Shown here in pieces: positions 29,274 through 41,400 of a stretch of DNA of 64,000 nucleotides (its first letter is position 1; each line of letters starts with the position of its first letter). A program made the translations under genes and the position numbers. The notes beneath the pieces are model-generated. The model saw only the letters and a program-made list of their open reading frames with translations, was not told the origin of the DNA and ran no database searches. Where the stretch lies: positions 232,678 through 296,677 of the forward strand of contig CAWKJD010000003.1 in assembly GCA_963849945.1 (NCBI GenBank), read 5' to 3'. Origin of the DNA: an uncultured Bacteroidales bacterium (GTDB taxonomy: Bacteria > Bacteroidota > Bacteroidia > Bacteroidales > VadinHA17).

Positions 29274-31250
29274 TTATTTTTTCAGGGATTTATAGCCGCT
29301 TTGCTTGGCTGCTGCATCAAGCCGCTGCTGCCACTTTGATTTCTGAACGGGTTTCTTCTTGTTTTCCTCAATCTTTTTCAGGATTTCTTCTTCGCTCACG
29401 AAACGCTTTGAAATCTGGGTCTGGATGATTGAGATAACGTTGGCAAGGAAATAATAATAGGTCAATCCAGCTGAAAAATTATTCAGTATCAGCATGAACA
29501 TTACAGGCATCATATACATCATTGTCTTCATGCCCGGCATCTGTTCCTGCCCGCCGGTCGGACTGCTGATTTTAGTCGTAATGATTGTAGACGCTGTCAT
29601 AAGCAGTGTAAAGAGGCTGACATGGTCGCCGTATATCGGTATTGTGAAAGGCAGATGCAGTATCGAATCATAGGTCGAGAGGTCATGGGCCCAGAGAAAT
29701 GACTGATGCCGCAACTCGATGGATGCCGGGAAAAAGCGAAACATGGCAAAAAGAATGGGCATCTGCAGAAGCATGGGGAGACACCCTCCCATGGGACTGA
29801 CTCCGGCCTTCTTATATAGCTCCATTGTAGCCTGCTGCTTCTTCACTGCATCTTCCTTCTTCGGAAACTTCTTTCCGATCTCGTCTACCATGGGTTTCAT
29901 GACCTTCATCTTGGCCTGTGACAGGAAAGACTTATGCGTCAGAGGAAAGAGCACTACTTTAATGAGGAGTGTCATTATGAGAATTATGATGCCATAGTTG
30001 ACAAAATAATTGTCAAGCAGGTTAAAAATGGGTATAATGACAAACTGGCTTATCCACCTTATTATATTTCTTCCCAGAAAAACGAGTTCTTCCAGTTTGA
30101 TGCCATATTTTTTCAGGGTGGTGAAACTGTTCGGACCAAAGTACATCTTCATTTTCACCGCAGTGTTCTCCCCATTTGTAAATGGTACGCCGATCTCAGA
30201 TTCGAAAAACCTGAGGTACTTTGAGGTAGGATCTGCATTGGTCGAAGAGACGGAGGCATTCAGGAAATAATCATCCGAGATCAGCACAGAAGAAAAGAAC
30301 TGGTCCTTGTAGGCGATCCAGTCAGTCTTCATGAGGTTCGTAGCTTCAGTAGCTTTCTTCTGTTTTGCCTTTGAACTGCCAAGACCTTCAACACCCTCCT
30401 GGTAGACCTTGTATTTCAGTCCGGTATAGGTATCTTCATTCTGTCTGCCCTGCTCCTGCTGTGGGACATACATTTTCCAGTCAAGAGTCAATGATGTGGT
30501 GTTTGCCGGAATGATCGATCCCATTGAGTTGAACTTCGTTTCGAAGTCAACCATGTATTCACCGGGATGCACGGTATAAATATAATCTATTGAGGCTCCG
30601 TTATTGGCCAGAAGCCTCATGGTCAGGGTTGCTGCCTGGCTTGTCACAACTATGGGGCCGGTATAATTCTCTGGTTTGAAATAAAGGTCATTTGTGCGAA
30701 CCGCTTTATTATCCGCGGTAAAAAACTTATATCCGAATACCGTTGAGTCACCATTAAATAATACCACAGGGAGCGTATCATAGGTCTGATAGTCCTTCAG
30801 CGTTGCAGAATAGATTCTCCCTCCCCTGGATGAAACTGTAAGCACGAGTCTGTCATTTTCAATTGTGTAGAACTCATTCTCACCCTTTGCGGTACCCGAG
30901 AAAATTCCAAACGCCATACTGTCAGGTGTTGCACCTTCCGCGATCTTTCCGGTCACTGCCGCAGTATCAGCACCGGTAATAGCTGTTACAGGTTGCTGGG
31001 GCTGTCCGCTTACGCCCAGCTTGTTGTTCAGTTCAACGATCCGGTTATAGCTTCTCTGATCCTTGGGCCTTTTGTTGCTTGCCTTGATATATGATTCCCT
31101 TGCAGCCTCAAAACTTCCTGCCATATAAAGAGAGTCAGCATATTCAATCTCCGCGTCAAATGCCTTCTTTACCTTTTGATTATTATACAGACTGAAACCA
31201 AGAAAAATCAGGAAAATAAGTGCGATTCCGGTTATTGTATTTTTATCCAT
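29274..31250 (-). CDS. yidC: Membrane protein insertase YidC
   Basis: MDKNTITG, GGCLPMLLQMPI, FLWAHDLS, GLTYYYF. Confidence 0.95.
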   Translation of the reverse strand: MDKNTITGIALIFLIFLGFSLYNNQKVKKAFDAEIEYADSLYMAGSFEAARESYIKASNKRPKDQRSYNRIVELNNKLGVSGQPQQPVTAITGADTAAVTGKIAEGATPDSMAFGIFSGTAKGENEFYTIENDRLVLTVSSRGGRIYSATLKDYQTYDTLPVVLFNGDSTVFGYKFFTADNKAVRTNDLYFKPENYTGPIVVTSQAATLTMRLLANNGASIDYIYTVHPGEYMVDFETKFNSMGSIIPANTTSLTLDWKMYVPQQEQGRQNEDTYTGLKYKVYQEGVEGLGSSKAKQKKATEATNLMKTDWIAYKDQFFSSVLISDDYFLNASVSSTNADPTSKYLRFFESEIGVPFTNGENTAVKMKMYFGPNSFTTLKKYGIKLEELVFLGRNIIRWISQFVIIPIFNLLDNYFVNYGIIILIMTLLIKVVLFPLTHKSFLSQAKMKVMKPMVDEIGKKFPKKEDAVKKQQATMELYKKAGVSPMGGCLPMLLQMPILFAMFRFFPASIELRHQSFLWAHDLSTYDSILHLPFTIPIYGDHVSLFTLLMTASTIITTKISSPTGGQEQMPGMKTMMYMMPVMFMLILNNFSAGLTYYYFLANVISIIQTQISKRFVSEEEILKKIEENKKKPVQKSKWQQRLDAAAKQSGYKSLKK

Positions 31251-31276
31251 TATTGTTTTTCTGATTTAATGAAGTT

Positions 31277-32911
<1,635 letters not shown>

Positions 32912-35143
32912 TTATTCCTCAAACATGGAACTGTCTATCAGTTTCACCTTCTCTTCAAGGATCTTTATGTTCCTTTTAGCGTCGGCGATCTTCTCCTCCA
33001 CCTCCCTGATCATATTGTCGGCATTGGCAGACTTGGCGAAGAAACCGATATTATTTTCCCAGAGCACTATATCGCTTTCAAGCTGTTTGATCTTACTGTA
33101 GAATTTCTCACGTTCATTACGCACTTTTCTTGCAGCGCGGGGATTTGATTTAGCGCTGTCGACCTTGCTCCTGTATCTGAGAATATTCTTGTCCTCGTCA
33201 TCAAGCTTGAGCCTGTCGAACTGTTTGTTAAGGGCATCCTTGTATTTACGGGCTATCTCCTCCTTTTTATTGAACGGGACGTACCCTATTTCAGTCCACT
33301 TTTTCTGTATTTCCTTAAGCTGTTCAAAGCCGGCCTTGAGATCTTCGCCCGGATCAAAGGTTTCGAGCTCTGTCAGCAGCGCCAGTTTTGCGTTAAGGTT
33401 ATCTTCGTATGATGTATCCCTGCCGGCAAAGTACTCTGATTTGTGTGTAAAGAAAGTATCACAGGCCTTACGAAACCGCTTCCAGATCTTCTCGGAATAC
33501 TTTTTCGGTACAGGGCCTATTTCCTTCCATTCTTTCTGAAGCCTGATGAGCATTTCAGAAGTTTCCTTCCAGTCAGTGCTCTCCTGAAGAGCTTCGGCTT
33601 TCATGCATAGCTCGGTTTTCAGCTGGAGGTTCTTAACCTGTACTTCCTTGCTCTCGGCAAAGAACGCGCGTTTCTTTTCAAAGAACTTGTCGCATGCAGC
33701 CCTGAACCTGAGGTAAATTTTGTTATTGTATTTTTTTGGTGCAAATCCGAGTGTTCTCCAGAGCTTCTGGCATTCCATAATGGCGTCGGATTTCTCCCTG
33801 AAATCGGCAAATGTCAGAATCTCACCGTTAGCTATTTCCTCAGCTTTCTCGCACAGTGCTATCTTGGCATCGAGGTTTCTTTTCTGCTCATCCTTTTGCT
33901 TTTCAAAGAACTCATGATGCCTTTTGTTGACTTTGGATGTCGCTTCACGGAAGCGTTCCCAGATGTCATTTTTAGTTTCATGAGGCACGGGGCCTATCTC
34001 GCGCCACTGGTTGTGATAGTCCTGTAAAAGTTTAAAAGCGTTGACAGCGTTGGGTTCAAGGAGCAGCTCCTCAGCTTTTTCGCTCAGCGCAATTTTGGCT
34101 TCCAGGTTCTTTTTCAGATCGAGGTCTCTGAGCTCACGGTTTATCTTGATGTAATCATAAAATATCTCTACCGCGTGGTGGTAGTTTTCCCATAAGTCCT
34201 TCAGGGCTGACTGGGGCACTATCCCGGTGGAATGCCACTCATTCTGCAAATTCCTGAATTCCTGGAAGGTCTTGTTGATTGCCTCTTCGCGGTTAACGAG
34301 TTCTTTTATCTTCTCAATTATCTCGAGCTTTCTGTGCAGGTTCTCCTGCTTTTCGCTCTCCTGAATCCTGTTATAATCACTTTTCCTGTTACGGTAGGTC
34401 TCAAGGATTATCTTGATCCTGTTTTCAAGTTCGTCCGGCTCAGGCTTGTAATCTTCAATATTACCGCCCTCCTTTGCAAAATTGAGCCTTTTTTCATTGA
34501 ATTCAGTTTTGGTCTTCTTGTAGAAAAGCTCCTTTATGCGGCTGACATCTTCAATTATCTCTGACGGAGGTCTGTTTTCAACTATCAACCCTAGGGTCTC
34601 AACCAGTTCTTTCCTTGAGAAGTCGCTGTAGTCTACCGGTGGTAGTGTAATGTCGTCATAATTGACGCTCTCGTCGACATGTGCCTCCTGGTCTCCGGTT
34701 TCAGCAGATAATTCAGCTGCTGGTTCTTCGCCTCCTTCTTCAGCAGCAGGCTTTTCATCTCCTTCTTCAACAACAGGCTGTTCAACCTGTTCTTCAGCAG
34801 CAGGCTCTTCATCTCCTTCTTCAGCAACAGGCTGTTCAACCTGTTCTTCAGCAGCAGGCTCTTCATCTCCTTCTTCAGCAACAGGCTGTTCAACCTGTTC
34901 TTCAGCAGCAGGCTCTTCACCCTGTTCATCAGCAGCAGGCTCTTCAGCCATGGCTTCAACCGGTTCTTCATTTACCGGCTCAACATCTTCAGACACAACA
35001 GGTTCTTTCTCAACTTCGACTTGTTTATCAGGTTTAACCTGTGCTGTCGTCTCATTAATTTCATCTCCCGTAGATTCAGATGCTTTGTTGTCAGCATCGA
35101 ATTGTTCATCATGAACAGAGTTTACCGGATCTTTGGTAGTCAT
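32912..35143 (-). CDS. DUF349 domain protein with acidic N-terminal repeat region
   Basis: Repeated W.EIGPVP / IW.RFR.A motifs, usual Bacteroidota synteny with pyrG. ATG at 35143. Confidence 0.85.
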   Translation of the reverse strand: MTTKDPVNSVHDEQFDADNKASESTGDEINETTAQVKPDKQVEVEKEPVVSEDVEPVNEEPVEAMAEEPAADEQGEEPAAEEQVEQPVAEEGDEEPAAEEQVEQPVAEEGDEEPAAEEQVEQPVVEEGDEKPAAEEGGEEPAAELSAETGDQEAHVDESVNYDDITLPPVDYSDFSRKELVETLGLIVENRPPSEIIEDVSRIKELFYKKTKTEFNEKRLNFAKEGGNIEDYKPEPDELENRIKIILETYRNRKSDYNRIQESEKQENLHRKLEIIEKIKELVNREEAINKTFQEFRNLQNEWHSTGIVPQSALKDLWENYHHAVEIFYDYIKINRELRDLDLKKNLEAKIALSEKAEELLLEPNAVNAFKLLQDYHNQWREIGPVPHETKNDIWERFREATSKVNKRHHEFFEKQKDEQKRNLDAKIALCEKAEEIANGEILTFADFREKSDAIMECQKLWRTLGFAPKKYNNKIYLRFRAACDKFFEKKRAFFAESKEVQVKNLQLKTELCMKAEALQESTDWKETSEMLIRLQKEWKEIGPVPKKYSEKIWKRFRKACDTFFTHKSEYFAGRDTSYEDNLNAKLALLTELETFDPGEDLKAGFEQLKEIQKKWTEIGYVPFNKKEEIARKYKDALNKQFDRLKLDDEDKNILRYRSKVDSAKSNPRAARKVRNEREKFYSKIKQLESDIVLWENNIGFFAKSANADNMIREVEEKIADAKRNIKILEEKVKLIDSSMFEE
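34736..34919. repeat. 54-bp coding tandem repeat, ~3.4 copies (EEPAAEEQVEQPVAEEGD)
   Basis: Unit starts TTCTTCAGCAGCAGG at 34736, 34790, 34844 and 34898. Confidence 0.92.
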
Positions 35144-35326
35144 CTTTAATCCTTTTAGATCAGTGCGATATCCAATGGAGGGTACAGTACACGCCCCATT
35201 TTTCAAACCACGAAAATAATGGATTATTGGTAAAACTCAAACCAATACCTCATTTAAATGAGATAACACCATTTCCGAATGTCCAAATCAGTTAACTTTG
35301 ATGCTTCTGGTTCAGTCAAATATACA

Positions 35327-35503
35327 ATGGAAAAGAAAGATATTATTATTCTGGCAGTTCTCTTTGCAACGATTGTGCTAAACTTATATCTGCGCCAGGT
35401 GAAGAAAAAGAAAGCGGCATCAGGGACACAGAAGTATAATTTACCAAAGAAAGGCAGCATATCAGCCCAGCCGGATGACTATGAGCCTTACTCGAAGAAA
35501 TAA
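35327..35503 (+). CDS. Small single-pass membrane protein (58 aa)
   Basis: MEKKDIIILAVLFATIVLNLYLRQVKKKK (TM followed by basic patch). TAACTTTG promoter box at 35293-35300. Confidence 0.6.
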   Translation: MEKKDIIILAVLFATIVLNLYLRQVKKKKAASGTQKYNLPKKGSISAQPDDYEPYSKK

Positions 35504-35514
35504 AGTCAATCAGC

Positions 35515-37719
35515 TCACTGGCCAAGCTCCAGCTGGTCTCTTATAAGCCTGTAGTAGGCACCTTTTTTCTGAGTCAGCTCCTGATGTGTTCCCATTTCCT
35601 GCACTGATCCTTTATCCAGCACCACGATCATGTCAGCATTGCGAACTGTACTCAGACGATGTGCAACAATAATCACTGTTCTTCCGGCATAGAAACCTGC
35701 CAGGTTTTCCACAATCCTTCTTTCGTTTGACGCATCAAGGGCGCTTGTGGCTTCATCAAGCAGGAGCAGTGAAGGCTCCTTGAATATGACCCGGGCAATG
35801 AGTATTCGCTGTTTCTGTCCCTGACTTAGGCCGTGCCCCCCCTGGCCGATCATTGTCTGCAACCCGGCGGGCAGATTATCAAGCAGGGGCTGCAGGTTGG
35901 AAATCCTGACTGCCCGCTTAACACATTCAGGATCAGGATTGTCAACACCAGGAGCAATGTTGGCGATGATTGTTTCCGGGAATATGTAGCCTTCCTGCAT
36001 CACAACACCTGTTGCCCTCCTGAGAGAGGTTATGCTTATGTCTTCAAGTTTTCTCTCTCCTATCATAATGAAACCCTTCTCGGGCCGGTAAAAACCCATC
36101 AGGAGCTTCAGGAGCGTCGTTTTTCCTGACCCGCTCTCTCCGACTATGGCGGTGATCTTCCCGGAGGGTATAAGAAGGCTGAGATCATTTATCACCCATG
36201 GCGAACCCGGACCCTCATACCTGAAGGAAAGGTTTTCGACTTTAATTCTCATTTCTTCCGGAGCCGGGACTTTTCCCGTATCTCCCTCAGCTTCTTCCGG
36301 GTCCATGGCATGGACCTCTGCGAGGCGCTCAAGACTGATCCTGGCATCCTGTGTCGAACGCATGAAACTGATGATCTGAGATACCGGACCGTTCAGCTGA
36401 CCTGTGATGAACTGAACGGCAAGCATCATACCAAGTGTCATAGTACCATTTATAACAGATGTAGCGGAGATGACAGTAATGATGATATTGACAAATTCAT
36501 GTATCAGCGTCCCTCCTGCTGTCTGGAACTGTAATATTTTAAGACCTTTTATACGTGTCCGGTAGATTTCTCCCTGCCGGGCTTCCCACTCTTTTCTGTT
36601 TGAAGCCTCGTTGCCTGCAAGTTTGATCTCCTGCATTCCGTTAACGATGTTGATCATCTTATTGCCCGATTCGGCCATCTGCCTAAACCTTATGTTGTCA
36701 AGGCGCTCGCGCGAAGGCATGAAAACCATCACGTACAGCAGGTAAAGCGCGGTTCCTCCCAGAAAAACGAGCAGGACCGGAATATTGTACAATCCCAGTA
36801 CAACCCCGAAGACCACAAGATTAAAGAAAGAAAAAAGTATTGCCAGGCTTGAAGAGGTGAGGTAGTCCTCAATCCGGCTGTTATCATCTATTCTTTGCAG
36901 AATGTCTCCGTTAAGCTTGGTGTCAAAATAAGCTATAGGAAGTTTCATCAGCCGGGCAAGAAAATCAGACACGATGGTTATGTTCAGTCGTGTTCCCACA
37001 TGAAGAAGAAGCCAACCTCGCGTGAACTCCACTGCCATTCGTCCCACGATGAGCGCCAGCTGTCCAGCAAGGATCAGGTAAATAAGCCTGAGATCACTGT
37101 TCTTAATACCTCTGTCTATTATCGCCTGCGTGAGAAAAGGAAAGACAAGCTGTATGGCGCTTCCTGCAATCAAACCCGCAAAAAGCAGGATTATCTGCCG
37201 GCGATAAGGCTTTAAATAGGGAAGCAGGAAGGCAAAACCGCTTTTTGCCGGCGGATCGTCAGGTATATCTGCAAAGCCGGGTCCCGGCTCAAGAAAGAGC
37301 GCCATTCCGGCATGTTTATCATCATTGCTGTCCGTTGACCATCCTTTCAGAAACTCATCTGTTGTCATCCTGATCCTTCCCAGCGCAGGGTCACTGACCC
37401 AGACTCTTTTTTTGGAAATCTTATTTACCACGATAAAGTGGTTTTGCTGCCAGTGAACAATACAGGGCAGCGGAGCTTTCCCGGAGAGCCCGGTAAATGG
37501 TATCTTCACTCCTGCCACCCTGAACCCCAGGCTTTCTCCGGCGGATTTAAGTCCCAGGAATGATACGCCTTCGCGTGTGATAAATGCCTTCCTGCGAATG
37601 GTCTCCAGTGAAATCCGCTTACCGTGCCACCGTGCGACCATACTTATGCATGCAGGGCCACAATCCATGGCATCATATTGTCTGACAAAGGGATAACTCA
37701 TAACTTTAAGGCAGGTCAT
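35515..37719 (-). CDS. Peptidase-domain-containing ABC transporter (C39 peptidase + TMD + NBD; PCAT)
   Basis: QYDAMDCGPAC (Cys), HWQQNHFIV (His), SDP (Asp), GESGSGKTT, LSQGQKQR, LDEATS. Alternative start at 37701. Confidence 0.93.
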   Translation of the reverse strand: MTCLKVMSYPFVRQYDAMDCGPACISMVARWHGKRISLETIRRKAFITREGVSFLGLKSAGESLGFRVAGVKIPFTGLSGKAPLPCIVHWQQNHFIVVNKISKKRVWVSDPALGRIRMTTDEFLKGWSTDSNDDKHAGMALFLEPGPGFADIPDDPPAKSGFAFLLPYLKPYRRQIILLFAGLIAGSAIQLVFPFLTQAIIDRGIKNSDLRLIYLILAGQLALIVGRMAVEFTRGWLLLHVGTRLNITIVSDFLARLMKLPIAYFDTKLNGDILQRIDDNSRIEDYLTSSSLAILFSFFNLVVFGVVLGLYNIPVLLVFLGGTALYLLYVMVFMPSRERLDNIRFRQMAESGNKMINIVNGMQEIKLAGNEASNRKEWEARQGEIYRTRIKGLKILQFQTAGGTLIHEFVNIIITVISATSVINGTMTLGMMLAVQFITGQLNGPVSQIISFMRSTQDARISLERLAEVHAMDPEEAEGDTGKVPAPEEMRIKVENLSFRYEGPGSPWVINDLSLLIPSGKITAIVGESGSGKTTLLKLLMGFYRPEKGFIMIGERKLEDISITSLRRATGVVMQEGYIFPETIIANIAPGVDNPDPECVKRAVRISNLQPLLDNLPAGLQTMIGQGGHGLSQGQKQRILIARVIFKEPSLLLLDEATSALDASNERRIVENLAGFYAGRTVIIVAHRLSTVRNADMIVVLDKGSVQEMGTHQELTQKKGAYYRLIRDQLELGQ

Positions 37720-37849
37720 ATTAAAAACCTAACGTAAATATATCCATTATTTACCGACCTCTTCTTTCAGTTTGTAACAAAAGCTCCGGAAGGCCGTACA
37801 TAGTATATTCGGTAGCGGAAATACTATATTTGCCAATTATACAGGTTAC

Positions 37850-38416
37850 TTGGGGCTATTCAAGAAGTATCCGGACAATGACATCATAGATGGCATAAGG
37901 AGGCAGGACAGTAAGATTCTTACCTACCTTTATGATGCATATTATGAGGTTGTCCGTGACCACCTGAAAAAGAACAGCGGATCCGATGATGATGTGTATG
38001 ATGTGCTTCAGGAAGCAGTGGTTATACTTTATAAGCAAATCACCGGTGAAGGTTTTACGCTGACCTCCGACCTTAAGGGTTATTTTTTTGGCATAGCAAG
38101 GAATGTATGGAACACGCAGCTCAGATATCAGTCGCGGATGACATCCCTGGTGGCCGAACCGGAAGATACGGCAGAGGCGGAGGATGTCACAGCAGCAACC
38201 CTTGAAAGGATTGTATCCAGGTCATTTGCCATGCTTAAGGAAGACTGTCAGATGGTGCTTAATCTTTTCAGCGAAGGCTGCAGTTATGAAGAGATAGCCC
38301 TTAAAATGGGACTTAAGAACGAATCATACGCAAGGAGAAAGAAATACCTGTGCAAGGAAGCTTTAATGGAGATCATCAGGACTGACCCTGAATATCAGGA
38401 TCTCGGCCCCCTGTAG
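37850..38416 (+). CDS. ECF-type RNA polymerase sigma-70 factor
   Basis: DVYDVLQEAV (region 2), YFFGIARNVW, region 4 CQMVLNLF..GCSYEEIALKMG...ARRKKYLC. TTG start. Confidence 0.88.
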   Translation: MGLFKKYPDNDIIDGIRRQDSKILTYLYDAYYEVVRDHLKKNSGSDDDVYDVLQEAVVILYKQITGEGFTLTSDLKGYFFGIARNVWNTQLRYQSRMTSLVAEPEDTAEAEDVTAATLERIVSRSFAMLKEDCQMVLNLFSEGCSYEEIALKMGLKNESYARRKKYLCKEALMEIIRTDPEYQDLGPL

Positions 38417-41400
38417 ACTGTGGCGATAAGTACTGCAGACACCATAAGTAAAAGCAGCAGGGCTGTATAGAGCTTCACCCTGTTAAACCAGAGAGGGGTA
38501 TCATCACCGTAAATAACAAGTGTTGCCCAGTAATAAGGATGTGACCGCGTCTGATCTGCTGACCTCAGAAACTTCAGGCGGGCACTACGGAGGGCTGAGC
38601 TTTTAGTCTCTCCGCTTCTCATATTCTTGTAAAAAGATTTAATTACTTCGGAAGCAGAATAATCCTCTACAGCCCACATCGACATAACTACCGATCGGCT
38701 GCCTGCAAAGAGAAATCCTCTTGCCAGGCTGAGTATCCCCTCTCCTGTTGCAAGCATTCCCGTACCTGTATTACATGAGCTAAGGACCACCATCATAGCG
38801 TTGATAGGCACATTATAGACTTCGTAGGTGTTAAGCATGCCATCTTCACCGCCTCCTCCGGAAGGTCTGGAAAAGATCATTTTGGAAAAAGCCGGATGGC
38901 TATCATTTACAAGCGTATGCATGGCCAGATGAATTATCTTATAGTTGCGGGCCTGGCTTTTATAGGCTGCCTCTGTGGCATTTTCTCCTATAAAGGCTTT
39001 TCCTCCGCACTGCCTGACTGCATCTTCCGCTTCAATGACTGCATAAGGAAGACTTCGAATTTCACCTCTGAGATTGGGATATAATGTCAGAAGGGAATCG
39101 TCTATCTGCATGCCCTTATATGTGGGTGCAAAAGCAATAAGTTCATTACTCAGGTTACGGCTGCGTACCTGAGTCTCAGATGAGAGGGTCACGCTGTAGA
39201 TGTAGGAAAAACGGTACTTCTTCAGAGCAAAAGGGGCCTCCCGGTAAAGGAGTTCCGGACTCCTGAATTCCTCTGTTATCAATGTTTCAAAAGGAAGATA
39301 GGAAAGGATATTGTCAGGAGAAATAATTATTTTGTCGCCCTTCAGAAATGGCTCAGCAGGTTTGAGAAGGATATTATACAGCTCGAAGGAAAGATCCATA
39401 TATTCATTGAAAGGCTGTCTTACGCTGCTGGTCCCGGGCATTACCGAAAGCATCTTCCTGAACCTGTCCAGGGAACCAAAGAAAGATGAATCAATGTCGC
39501 GCGTAATGATCTCTGTATGATGCCTGTTTGTTACGAATATATAAAGTTTTTCTTCCGTCAGCACATAGCTCAGCAGGTTGGCCTTTCTGCCGATAACATT
39601 TGTGATATCGTCAAGAGGAGTCACCTCACTTTTGAACTTAAGGTTATAGTAAGAAGGGTAACTCTTTTCAAATATCCGTATCAGTGAATCTCGTGATCGT
39701 AGAAGCCCGAAATTAACCTGCTCCCATGTAGCTATTTTCTGTGAATCAGGTCTTGCCTTGCTTTTCTCATTGATGATTTTCTCTTTATAGAAACCAATTT
39801 TCCCCCTTATTTCATTATTCTTGTTCACCAGGTCTTCGGGAAGAGAGAATTTGGCTGCATTAAGCTCCCTCATTGACGCCAGAAAACCAGCGACCTTGCT
39901 TCTTTCAGAAAATTCAAAAGCCCCTCTAAGGTATGATTGATCATGCTGCCGGTTGTATAACTGAACATAGTTGTCAATCATTCCTGTATAGAATTCTCTT
40001 GAGTAAGCGCTCAGGTTTGTCCGGCTCTCCTCCTCACTCATCTCAAGTCTCTGACGGTCAAGTAATGACATGACTTCCCTGCCTTTTTCGACGGCATCTT
40101 TCAGTATATCATCTTCCCCGGATGCCCTGGCCATCGCATTCAAACACCTGTATCTCAGCATAAGTACCCGCAGGTCATCGGATGAGTATGAACCTTTTAC
40201 CTCTGCTGAAGCCGAAACGTCCGCGGTTGATTCAGTTGAACCGATTATGGTGTCTGCCACTTCAAGTGCTTTATTGTATTGACCTAAATCAAATAGTGTC
40301 TCGGCATAGTCGGTCATGATGTACCTTTTCATTGAGTTATCCCACGGATGGCTTTCCAGATAAGGAAGGCAGCTCATGTAGATTTCAAGAGCCCTGTATC
40401 CGCTTCCGGGCGTTTGCCTCTCAAAGTCAGCCCGTGCAGCCAGGATAAGACAATATTCACGGCTGTCAGTACCGAAAGCTTTTCTGACATAAGCAATTCC
40501 GTCCTCCAGCACCTTCTCGCCCTCAGCCTCTCTTCCTCTCCCGTCAAGGAATGATGCATAATTTATATAGAGAAGGTACTTTTCCCTGGTATCTGGCTCA
40601 TCTGATAGAGAGAGTCCTCTCTTAAAGCACTTCTCAGCTTCTTCCGGCTGGTCAAGGTTTTTGTATAATTGCGACATTGTATTCAGTATCAGCTGCTTCG
40701 ATCCGCTTTTATCTGTACCGTACCTGTCATAAAGCTTAAGCGCTTCCTTGCAATAATCGAGTGATTTTGTATACTCGGAATTGCGGCAAAGACTTAAACC
40801 GATGACCTGATAAAGGTCGGCAGTTCGAGCATGTGTAACCTTTTCGGGATAGGTTCCGGCGAGCCGGAGTCCCGCTTCAGCCAGTGAGATTGCATCGTCA
40901 GACTCGTTCATCTCAAGGCAGATGCTTGCCAGGTTCAGGTAGTTGCCTGCGAGTGATGAGGAATCACTGCCTATTACCAGCCTCCTTGCCTCCAGCCCTT
41001 TCATACCCACGTCATATCCCCGCGAAAAATCGCCGGTCTTGAAAAACGTTGCAGCAAGATTACTCAGGCATAAGGCGTACTTCAGGTCAGAGACGCCGGC
41101 ATGCTCTCTGAGACGGGCTGATTTGGTGAAACTTTCAATGGCCTCACCAAACATGTTTCGGCGCAGGAAATAATGGCCTGTTATATAATACGAATCCGAA
41201 AGCAGAACAGAATCAGTAATTTCCTTTGCAGAAAGTATCTTATTGATCTCTTCAGCCAGTATGTCTGTCTTTCCGTCTGCCTCACCGGACTCAATGGCAG
41301 CCTGCAGGTCACTGTTGAGATCTGCCAGACGCAATGCAACGGTGTCCCGTCCCTCAGTACCTTCCGGATTAAATGAACTGGAAAAGAGACTTGCAGGATA

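Noticed and set aside
34736-34919. Possible CRISPR array
   Set aside because: Head-to-tail repeats with no unique spacers, in frame within a CDS, and no cas genes in the window.
34633-35114. Gln-rich, Leu/Lys-rich and Ser-rich repetitive ORFs (34681-35037 +, 34633-34971 -, 34662-35114 +)
   Set aside because: Alternative-frame shadows of the 54-bp coding repeat inside the DUF349 gene.
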